In this document: piece after piece, positions 22,546 through 33,664 of the stretch
Position numbering within the stretch: position 1 is the first letter of the stretch
Layout: every line of letters starts with the position of its first letter
Source of the DNA: Basidiobolus ranarum
Lineage: Eukaryota
Direction: 5' to 3'
DNA: 37,017 nucleotides
Assembly (NCBI GenBank): GCA_040143965.1
Contig: JASJQH010000055.1
Location: 1 to 37,017, forward strand
Notes under the pieces: model-generated
What the model saw: the letters and a program-made list of their open reading frames with translations, nothing else
What the model was told of the DNA's origin: nothing
Databases searched by the model: none
Program-made: the position numbers and the translations under genes

Positions 22546-22855
22546 AGCTAATCTAGAGCATTCGAAGTCGTTGGATATCTTTCATAATCACTGTTGGTAT
22601 ACCTCCCTAGGGTTACCCTACATTCTTGAACCTTTGCTCATTGATATTAGATTTTGGATTAATAAACCCAATCGAGCAATACTAATATATATATCATATA
22701 GAAGGTTAATTTATTGAATGCTAAATGTTGAATGCAAATGGACGCTATTCTTTTAAATAGATATACAAGTGATGTAGAGTACAATTATTGATGCAAGTAA
22801 AAATAAGTGAAATGCCATAGAATGTGAGCTATTTACAAAACCAAACGGGGTATAG

Positions 22856-24377
22856 TTAACTGTCACATCTCTTGTACGATAAAAATCTTTGTGAGGAGCT
22901 CGATATTGGCTGGAAGAAATATCCAGAACGTCGTTGTAACTCGGAGCACAACGATTTAACCAAAACGAAGTTCATATTTTGATGCACATCAACTGTGAAT
23001 TTGCGTAGTCCGTTCGTATGATCGCGCAAGCTTTCAAAGAAGCTATTTTGGATTTCGTAACCTAGTATGCTGACGTCTTTCAAGTTGTAGAAAAATTCCT
23101 TTCGAATGGGATTGAGCATAGATATCGGAACTCCTTGCTTTCGATGGACTTTAAACGTTTGTGGCTTACCAATCTCAAACATTCGTAGAAGGGAAGGTGC
23201 CTCAAGCAAGCTACTACTAATCTCGATGTATTCTAGTTGTGCGCCAAGACGGTTGACAATATGAAGAAATGATAGATCATCGAAGTTGGTTGCGTTAATG
23301 GTAAGTTTGCGAAGCTTTGGGCACGAACGACTGATCAAATCACCTAATTCGACTGGCAAAAAGTTGTTCTCCAATTGAAGCGATATAAGATTCTCACCGC
23401 AACTAGCCAGGAGTCTTTGGAAAGAATATATATCCGGTACTATCTCATGTGGAGTAAACCAAGAAAGTTTCAAAGTGGTCAATGAAGGGGACAGAGTATT
23501 AGCGAGATTCAAAATGGCTTGAGAGGTAAGACCTACTCTAGTGAGTTTGAGATTGGTCAGATCGGTCCAAGGCATGTTGCCAAAGTTGATCGGAATTTCT
23601 GGATTCTGGGAACTTCCAGTAAATTCTAAGGAAAACTCTCCAAGATTTGAGCACAGGTTTTCCCACACATTTTGAATTAACCCTTCGATGCGGGCTACTC
23701 TTTGCTCCTCATCTACATCAACTAGTTGAGGATCATTCTCCTCTGTGTCCCAACGAATGAAAAGAGAACTCAATTGTCTCGTTCGCGGGATTCTCGGTAC
23801 TAAGAATCCAGATGGAAGTCCCGAGAGTTCTAATGAGAGGGATTTGAGTAGGGGTGATTTGTGTAAGAAGCATCCTAAACGAAAGATATCCCATGAAGTG
23901 AAACTCATGACATAGTTCCGAGCCTCTTTCAAGAGCGGAAAGTATAAATCATGCTCTTGCGCGTGTAATAACCAGTTGTATTCATTCGAACCGAACACCT
24001 TTAAATTAACGAACTCTGTAAAGAGCTTCTTCGATATAAGAATTTCAAGAAATTCTTGCTTCAATCCTAGTTCTTGTACATAACGCAATCTCCTCCCTAA
24101 GAGAAAGTGAAGGTAAGAACAAAGTCAATCAAAGTACAATTACTACACTAGCTGCTGAGAAAAATAAGGATTGACACTCACAGCTTAGTTCAGGGTGTTT
24201 AACTACGTTCAAAAAAAGTTCGAAAGACTCGGTATCGCGAAGTTCAGGCTTATACCAAAGATAGGGTGTAGCAACCTTTGTCCATGTTCCGTTGACGAGA
24301 CAGCAAGAAGCTACGTCTTGCGGTTTGTCTAGCCAGCCTATAACTTCGTGAAGTACTTCAATCGGAAGTTTATCCAT
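22856..24377 (-). CDS. F-box / leucine-rich-repeat protein, 2 exons
   Basis: F-box-like N-terminus MDKLPIEVLHEVIGWL...CCLVNGTWTKVATPYLW. Intron 24181-24097 (gtgagt...tag) joins it in frame to an LRR-like region (LKSLSL, LTNLKL, LTTLKL, CGENLISLQL, CPKLRKLTI). Confidence 0.82.
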
Positions 24378-26110
24378 ATTAACCAGCTTGTTTCTAACAA
24401 ATGAGTGGGGTGCGAGAGAAGACTTTATACGAATGTATATTCAAAGTCACTCCACAATTGAATGCTAATACGGCAGGGCGAAGTTCCTGTTTTGGAACAC
24501 AGTCCGATTCACAAGTCTTGTGATTCAACCGTGTTGAAGCATTTCATTGGACATCTCCCTTTATGATCATCTTGTATTGATAAGAGAATATTGAGTGTAT
24601 AACGTGAGGATGCATCAGGATACATGAGAATCCAATAGATTAAGCGAGAATGTGATAATTAGATGATCTCATTAAATGGATATGAAACCTTAGGGTCACT
24701 GCTTCGGCCCAATGTTCAAGATTATATGTGCTCAAAACTGCATACTAGGGAATTCTCGTTGTGAATTTCACTCCTCCATTAATCTCGACATGACCACTTG
24801 ACCGTCAGAATGACTATTTTGTAGGCAAATGATCATTCCCAAATAAGGACGTTGACCTATCTCCTCATCTGAATATTTACTGTCAAAGCCCTCAATCAAT
24901 TTCCAGTAGTATCGCTATAGATTATCTTCGGGGTGTTTCAGTTGAGCTGGTACCCAATATCTCCTACATGGTTCCATATACAGAATACGCAGCATTCATC
25001 TGCGTCTTTTCTATCCGAACTGGCTATCCTTACACTCGGCAATGGTGTTGAGTGTCGGAGTGTACACAAATGCCTTACTTGTTCATTTGACTGTCTCTGG
25101 TGACTCTTCAATTATCACGTTATGGATATGGATCTGGAATTAGATTTACCGTCTGCAGTAGGGTTATCGCTAGTTGATTTCAACTGTTTAAACAAGATAA
25201 TTAAACGCATATCTGGTATGGCTATCAACACCTTAAAAACTAGTGTGGGATTTGCCATACCTTTGTGGAGTACAAGTAGCACCCATTCATGTTAATGTGG
25301 CTATGACAATGGCAACGTGTGTGGGTAGTAGAAAGTGTTTATTGTATTCAGGATATTAGTCTAAAAAGTGAATGTAGCGAGTATTTAAACAACTTAGCAT
25401 AGAGCATATAGAGATGACATAAGCATGGTATGGGTAGGTATGGATATCCTAACTTCATGATATATATAGCATATACACATTGAAATGCTAACCATATGCG
25501 CCCATCATTAAATTAGATATCTTACGCTGCTTAAGTGACGAGGGTATGACTAGAAAATGTACTTATTGCAAGGCTGGAGTATGATATTATTATACCCACT
25601 AGCTCTGAAGTCACCAATTCTTCCACCATTATTCTATAATATATCCTTATTTACAGTCCATCACTCTATGCCAATATATCTTACTCTATTTTACATTAGC
25701 ACCCGTTTGCCACCCGTTTGAATGCAAGAGTGGCAAAATCTGTTTGAATTTATCTACTTATTACCTACCAGGGCCGAGATTTCATTAGGATCTGCCCAAT
25801 TTATCAATTTGAGGCTTACCAAAAGCTCCACCCTGGATTAATGCTCACACAAGAGGATGCACTACAGCTTCTTTGGAATACCCAACATAATTGGTATAAT
25901 TAATAGGAATGATCGAAAAAATATTAGCTATCCTATATTTTATTGCCAATTATCCCACCCCCGGCTTCGTTCCCGATTATACTTTCATCAAGCCATCTAG
26001 AAAATCATAACCCTCTTTTGTGAGGTATACTGGAACAGTAGCTTCTCACTAATACTACCTTAACTCTTGTTCTCACTACAACAGCCACTCCCTTACGTTA
26101 TCCCACCACA

Positions 26111-27035
26111 ATGGCCGAAGCCCGTCTTAATGTTTTCCCTACTCGTATGTATGTACACATTTCAAAATATCTCCTATTTGACTTTGTCTATTGTTCATCT
26201 GTCGATTCATTTTATATTCATTCTTAATAATTGTTCTTGCTTTAGGGCTCAAACAGCCATGAAGATCAAGCTCAAGGGTGCCCAAACTGGTCACAGTCTT
26301 TTAAAACGTAAGAGTGAAGCTTTGACTAAACGTTTCCGTGGTATCATCTCCAAGATTGAGCAAGTAAGTACACACCATTTTCTCATTTTCCAGCTAGAAC
26401 TCGTGCACTTCGTTATCTTAATGTATTATTTCTAACTTTACCTTTTATAGGCCAAACTTGCCATGGGTAAAGTTATGCAAGTAGCTTCTTTCTCACTCGC
26501 TGAAGTTTCCTACAGTACTGGTGATATCAGTTATCAAGTCCGTGAGAGTGTCAAGTCTGCTCAACTGAAGGTTCGCGCTCACCAAGAAAATGTTTCAGGT
26601 GTTATGCTTCCAGTTTTCGAGTCTTATTCGGAAGGTGCAAACTCGTTTGAACTTACTGGTTTGGGACGTGGTGGTCAACAAGTACAAAAGTGTAAAGATA
26701 CCTACATTAAGGCAGTCGAAACCCTCGTTGAACTTGCTTCTCTCCAAACTGCGTTCGTTATTCTTGATGAAGTGATTAAGCTTACCAACAGACGTGTCAA
26801 TGCTATCGAGCATGTGATTATCCCTAAGGTGGAAAACACCATTAAGTATATTGCTTCTGAACTGGATGAACAGGATCGTGAGGAGTTCTTCAGATTGAAG
26901 AAAGTTCAAGGTAAGAAGAAGGAAGCAAAGGCCGCCAATGAAGTCAAGAGAACTGCTCTGGCTCTACAAGAAGAAGAAGAAGGACCAGTAAAGAATCTTC
27001 TTAATCAAAATGAAGATACAGATATCATCTTCTAA
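26111..27035 (+). CDS. VMA8: V-type ATPase V1 subunit D, 3 exons
   Basis: [44 protein letters not shown]...[11 protein letters not shown]...[11 protein letters not shown]...[14 protein letters not shown]...[17 protein letters not shown]...DTDIIF*. Confidence 0.97.
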
Positions 27036-27536
27036 AATTGATGTGCACCTAAAGTATTTCTCTTTACCAACCTGTATCTCTCTCCACATACATATACACG
27101 CACAAATATCAAAGATTGAAGTAACTAGCTATGGTTTAGTTACATTTCTTCTTTCTTTCACTCTCTTACTCCTAATCCCTAAATCTACGCTATTCTGGTC
27201 TCTCCGTTAATATTAAATATTATTAACTCTGGATGTTTTTGGCTCATATTCTGCCCAATTTTCAATAAAAAAGAATCTATTCCAACACTGATTGTGTATT
27301 AAGCCTAGTCCTGAGGAAAGTGTTGAAGTCATTTTGTTTGATGGCAAAAGGCTGGTAACAACGTCAATCACAGCATCTTACTTTACAGTGGTTGGCCTAT
27401 GCTAACTAATCATCCCCACTTAAACAACTATGTCTGTCTAGTTAATCGTGATTTCAGATTTTTTTCATTTGATGACTAGAGTTGTTCGAAATCTGATATA
27501 TGCAAGTGATTTCTTGTTTGTTAGGTTGAGTTTCTT

Positions 27537-29991
27537 ATGTGTGGTATACTTTTTGGATTAACAAGAGACCCGACCGTATTTCCAGAATACTGGGAATCTC
27601 TTGCTTTGGCAAACCAAAAGAGAGGTAAATCTATCTGTCACTTTGTTAGGAGGGTGGAGGACGTTTATTATTATTTATCGAGTGTGCTATACTTATCCAA
27701 TTTTTGATATATAGGCCCTGACTCTCAATCTCTTGTAACCCAAACGTTAAATGAAGTAGCTCTACATTGGTATGGTGCAGTGTTACACTTACGTGGTGAA
27801 TATAATGTTCCTCAACCGATAGTTGAGTCGGAGAACGTGTTATGTTGGAATGGAGAAATATTTAATGGGCTCGAAGTAATGTTGAACGAAATGGTTATTT
27901 TATATGAACAGAAACTCAAACTATACCTATTTGGATGTACTCAATAGGTTCCAGTGGATAGCAACGATACTGAAATATTATCCAAAAAGTTGAACGAAAC
28001 TGAACTAAATAATGAAAGAGTTCTCGAAGTATTTAGTCAGGTTCAAGGACCTTATGGGTTCTTTTATTTCGAGGTAAAGAAGACTATAGAAGGGTAGTAG
28101 AGACATCATAGAATATTAATAATTTCTTTAGAAATCCAAGGAGAAATTGTGGTTCGGCAGAGACTGCCTCGGTCGTAGATCTTTATTATGGCATCTGCCA
28201 AAGCATTCGGAAGATTCCTTTGTGTTATCCTCAGTCGGGCCAGAAAATCAGTGCCCGGAAGGATATTGGGAAGAAGTTCCAGCGAAGGGAATATACTGTT
28301 TAGATATGACTCAAGGATTTGATCATGTACGTAATCAGTAAACTAAACTAATTTTTCTGTGTCCTTGAGCTAATATCTTCGAAAATTAGTTAAATTTTGC
28401 TGATCGGTTAACATTGCATGAATGGCATTTCAAAGAAGAAATAGAATTTATGGTGAGCACTGTTCAAAGAATTACTTGATTCCTTGAATTAACTTGATAT
28501 CTCAGAGACTTCCTTATGGAAGAATCAACACTTCTCTTCCGCAAACAAATGATCTCTTGGCCATTGAAGGAGAAGAAATGCCTATACCCTCCGAGCTGAT
28601 GACAGAAACAATTCAAACATTGATTCAAACCTTGGGGGATTCTGTTCGCCGTCGGGTAGTCAATATCCCAAAGGAAGGGTAAGAGGAGCCTCTTTTGAAA
28701 GCATCACACGAAAATGTCGTTGTCTAAATTCATTACAAGGCCAACAGCCCAACCACGCTTAGGCATCCTCTTCTCGGGTGGAATTGATTGTATTTGCCTT
28801 GCCCTTTTGGCCGACAAATTCTTGCCTGAAGACGAGCCCATTGATCTGTTAAATGTAGCGTTTGAGAACCCACGAATCCAAAAACACGCCAACAAATCAA
28901 ACAAAAAGACAGTAAATGAACAGAAAGCAATTAATTACGATGTACCTGATAGAAAGACCGGAAGACAAGGAGTAGAAGAATTGAGGTTGGTTCATACATC
29001 ATCGGACAATCGGAAATTGAAGTCTCACTCGACCATACAGGAATGTAGCATCAAATAGAAAATGGAATTTTGTAGAGATTAATATTCCTTTTGAAGAAGC
29101 CATGGCCAAACGGGATTACATTCTATCTCTGATGGCTCCCCTAAATACTGTCATGGATCTGGTGAGCGTAAAAGGCTAAATGATATAAAGTTTCAGCTTT
29201 CCTAACTTATATCCTTCGTAGAGCATCGCTATGGCTTTCTGGTTTGCATCCCGAGGCGTTGGTAAAGCTTACAATAATCATCATTTCATGTGATACTCTC
29301 TAATCTTCTTCCGGCTCTAGGTGGTATTGCCTCTGATCCTGAGCAACCGAATGTCTTACAAGATTACGTTAGCCCAGCTAAAGTACTTCTTCTAGGCATC
29401 GGAGCCGATGAACAATTAGCTGGATACTCTAGACATAGAGAGCATTTTCGACATAAGGGATGGGAGGGACTTATTGAAGAGGTATAATCTCTAGAATCTT
29501 GTCTCGTACGTTGAATAGTTACTCAGCCTTATCTCTAAAAGATTCAATTTGACGTGGACCGAATTTCTACCCGAAATCTAGGTCAGTGAATATATGCTCT
29601 CTTTCTTTCAATTTCTGTCTTTCTTTCTTTCAATTTCTGTCTTTCTTTCAATTTTCCTCACTGACAACGCCAAATTGCATCAATAGGCCGTGACGACAGG
29701 ATTATCTCCTCTCATGGAAAAGAGGCCCGCTTCCCTTATCTCGATGAGAAATTGGTTGAATTCTTGAATTCGTTGCCTATTTATTTAAAGACAGACATGA
29801 GATTTGAACGAGGTATCGGAGAAAAGCTTCTACTTAGACTAGCAGCTCAAGAACTAGGACTTGTTAATGCCTCTAGGTTTTGGAAACGTGCCATTCAGTT
29901 CGGGGCACGGACTGCTAAAATGGAGGATAACAAGGAGAAAGGAAATCACTCTTTAAAGAAAGAAATTGACTTAGAATCGACTAATCAATAG
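27537..29991 (+). CDS. ASNSD1: Asparagine synthetase domain-containing protein 1-like (~12 exons)
   Basis: MCGI N-terminus (Ntn Cys2), [70 protein letters not shown] and [15 protein letters not shown]. Confidence 0.92.
29600..29655. repeat. Pyrimidine-rich tandem repeat in the last ASNSD1 intron
   Basis: ctttctttcaatttctgt-type unit repeated about 3 times. Confidence 0.8.
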
Positions 29992-30363
29992 AAATAAAAT
30001 CAATCAGTCATCTCAATGCACATCTAGTATATTTACTCTAACTATAGCACTTGTGCGAGGAGCCCCGAACCCAGAGCTGCATCTAAATAGATCGTCCCCC
30101 ATTGTCCGAAGTTGAGGCCCTTTTAAGAGACCTTTTTAATATAACTTGAATATAAGCAAGCTGATAAGCGAGATGCCAAATAGGATGTGAACAACGTCAC
30201 TTCATCCATGAAGAAAAATCTTGCGGCGAAAGCAAAACAAATATCTCCTCAATTTTGACCAATTACAGATCACTTGGTTTGTTTACATATTAATTTATTG
30301 GAGCTATATAAGCTTTCTGGACTGTCTTTTATGACCAGCAACACTCACCACTTCACATTCACA

Positions 30364-30600
30364 ATGACCCAACACACTCACCAAAACTTCGAAGCCCAAC
30401 CAGCAGAAGAATTATTGTTCAAGCACCGCTTGATTCAGCAAACTAAAAGCCATTTGACAAGTCCTACTGACAACCTGATGTCTCCTTGCACGCAAAAGCT
30501 GGTCGCAAATAGAAACAATCGTATGCAGTCTCTTCAACCAAGGTCTCTATCACAATCTTTTGCCGCCGCTGCTCAAGAACTGGGCGGGAGTGCACAGTGA
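30364..30600 (+). CDS. SPO12: Spo12-family small protein (78 aa; alternative ATG at 30331)
   Basis: Contains the Spo12 signature SPTDNLMSPCTQKL. AATAAA at ~30726. Confidence 0.8.
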   Translation: MTQHTHQNFEAQPAEELLFKHRLIQQTKSHLTSPTDNLMSPCTQKLVANRNNRMQSLQPRSLSQSFAAAAQELGGSAQ

Positions 30601-31580
30601 TCGGAATTGCTTCCACAACTGGATTTCTTCCTTGGAGGAAGCTGTAAATATACTTCTTAGTATTGCACTCTATCTAGTGGCATTTATCCTATTTATATTA
30701 CTACCATGTTCTCAATGTATCCATCAATAAATATACCTTATGTATAGCTTTAGGGTTAGGCTGTTCTGTGGACTCGCAAATCCTAATCAGTGAAGTCTCG
30801 GTCAAAGAATCAAATTCATAATGGTTACTAAATTGGATAATTAATATCGATAATTATAGCCAAATACCCTCGAAACATGGATATTATGGTATCTGATAAA
30901 AATGTGGGGCAATAATTGACTGTTTATCCCCATTCACACCTTATCAACTTGTGTGACATGCTTAGTCACAGCTATCAACTCTCTCAGAACCTCCTGGCAG
31001 TACACGAGAATGTGAAGGAGACAGGTTAAGCTTGTTCCTCGATGTTCTTTGTTCTGGGATTCCATTACTGACCAATGATCCCTTCGGTCATGTGAAATGC
31101 GAAAGATTGTAACGCATATAAGGTTGGTTCAGGCTTTTCAACCAGTCACTTAGCTATTTTGATTTGGACCTAGCCTTATCCTGATTTATCGTGTCTCGGA
31201 CTGATTCTCCAATGTGTTAGTTAATTAATTAGTTGTTTAATCAAATATGAGAGTATAATCACCCACTTGTATATTTATCACTTGCGATCTCCTTTTACCC
31301 TTAACTTCTCTCTTGCAAGTCAAGTTCGCCAACATATATTGTAGTTGTAATAACAAAAACACTCTAATATATTAGCATAAATAAACTTGCGTACCTAGCC
31401 TAGCCACATTTCGCCATTTCTTCCCATTAACCCTTACTTATTTACACTCTGGTATATTTCTTGAATTCTTACTGATCATCTTTATGCGAAAGTATGCTAA
31501 TCTTTGCTTTCAACGGTGTTTTTTAGCTGTGAACCTGGAATATATCTGTCAAATTCATCCCATCCTCTACTGTCTTAAAT

Positions 31581-33149
31581 ATGTCCAATCTCAGATCTAC
31601 GCAGGCTAATGCTTCAGCTGGTATACATGTTTATAGTTATAACCTGAATGCTTTGCATAAATGTATCTGAAATTGCTTTTGTGTACGTTTGAAATTTAGT
31701 TAGAAACGATTCCAATCGAGTTATCAACGTTACCGCCAATGAAGGCAAAAGTGGTGATTCTATAGAAATATCTTACACGAACTGCAAAGTCGTTGGTCAC
31801 GGCTCATTTGGAGTTGTTCAACGCGCTCAGCTTGTACATACCGCTGAAGAAATCGCCATTAAAAAAGTTTTACAGGATAAGAGATACAAGGTTCGTGTCT
31901 TGAATAGCTAAATGGCAACCTTTACCTCAAGTACACTAATTTATCGTATTTATAGAACCGTGAACTTCAGATTATGAGAGTACTTACCCACCCTAACGTC
32001 GTCCACTTGAAGGCATTTTTTTACTCCAATGGTGATCGGGTATAACTACATCCGTTATTGAATACTTTAGTTATTTGCTTACGTTTTCTTCGTTTCATGA
32101 TTATTAGAAGGATGAAGTGTATTTGAATCTCGTATTGGAATATGTCCCGCAAACAATCTACAAGGTCATCAAGCAACATAATAAGCTGAGACAGCAAGTT
32201 CCAATGCTTCACGTCAAGTTGTATATGTACCAACTTTTCCGCTCATTGGCATACATCCACTCCGTTGGTGTTTGTCATCGTGATATCAAGCCGCAAAATT
32301 TACTAGTGGATAGTTCTACCGGTGTTCTTAAATTATGTGACTTCGGAAGGTTTGTTGTTTTGAAGAATCAGGTTATCGTCTCGAATCAGCAACTAAGAAA
32401 TACTGTTAGTGCAAAAGCTTTGGTTCCTGGAGAACCTAATGTTGCCTACATCTGTTCTAGATACTATCGTGCTCCCGAACTTATATTCTCCGCCACCAAT
32501 TATACTACTAGTATAGGTAATACGTTGAAGATCGGTTGGTTTGTCGTGCTACAATAGTCATTAATGCGTTAGGGTTTTCTACATTTAGATATTTGGTCTT
32601 CTGGTTGCGTTATGGCGGAACTGATTCTAGGTCAACCCCTCTTCCCTGGTGATAGTAGTGTCGATCAGCTAGTTGAGATTATCAAAGTGTTGGGAACCCC
32701 TTCCAAAGACCAAATCCGTTCCATGAATCCTCATTATGTTGAACACAAGTTCCCTCAAATTAAACCTCACCCTTTCTCCAAGATTTTCCGTTCTAGAGCG
32801 CCAGATGAGGCTGTGGATTTAGTCACACGTATCCTTGACTACACACCTTCCAACCGGCTATCTGCCATTGAAGCAATGGTTCACCCTTTCTTTGATGAAT
32901 TACGTCACGACACTGGTATTACCCTACCTTTGTTTGAGTTTACCGTGGATGGTAAGAATTAGCATTCGATAGGGTTAGGGTTATAGTTACATATATAATA
33001 ACTTACTTTAATTACAATGTGTAGAGCTATCCATTCGACCTGATTTGATCCGAAAGCTGGTCCCTCAACATAAGGAGTACGAGTTACTTTCACGCGGAAT
33101 TGATGTTCACAATTTCGTACCTGTTCCAAGAAGCCAAACTAGTCTATAA
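31581..33149 (+). CDS. GSK3: Glycogen synthase kinase 3 family kinase, 7 coding exons
   Basis: [81 protein letters not shown] and FPQIKPHP. Ends ...[12 protein letters not shown]. Confidence 0.96.
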
Positions 33150-33664
33150 TTGTGGTTGACAAGGTTATTGAACTTTCTATTGAAGCTATTCCTCCCCTTG
33201 TATACACTACTTTTGATGTGAATTCTTAGATACTGATTTATAATAAACAATATATATCTTATTCCTTGCTGCGCAATACTTCTTCAGTAACAACATAGTT
33301 TTAAGGGTTTAGTATACATATTAACTTATTATAATGAACGCTAGAATGAATACTTCTACTTGGCGCATTACTAATGGGTCCAGTTAAGGTAACAGGGCAT
33401 ATTCCAAGTACATATTCTCCACCAAGGTAGATTGCTCTCCTGATGTACACGGGCCTATACTATTGCTTATTTGGGAAAGCTTACGAGTTTAAAATCATCC
33501 AATTACATTTATATATATATCATTATCTGATTGCGGATATAACACCTTATATGTTTATTTATAGTTTTGGATAGATTACATGTATCAACAAACCTCAGCC
33601 ATATTTAAACCATTGCACCTCGATCCGCCTTGTATATTTCTTTTACTATCTATAAGCATTTTCA

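Noticed and set aside
654..27035. Apparent cluster of membrane-trafficking genes (RET2, GET5, SEC10, synaptobrevin, VMA8)
   Set aside because: They are interspersed with unrelated housekeeping genes and the category is large, so there is no evidence of a functional cluster without synteny data.
27472..27561. Overlapping upstream ORF before ASNSD1, recalling the human ASDURF uORF
   Set aside because: It is only 29 codons with no prefoldin-like character, and it may lie upstream of the transcription start.
32829..32836. U12-type donor-like GTATCCTT
   Set aside because: It lies within continuous conserved GSK3 coding sequence (TRILDY). None of the introns I inferred has a U12 donor consensus.
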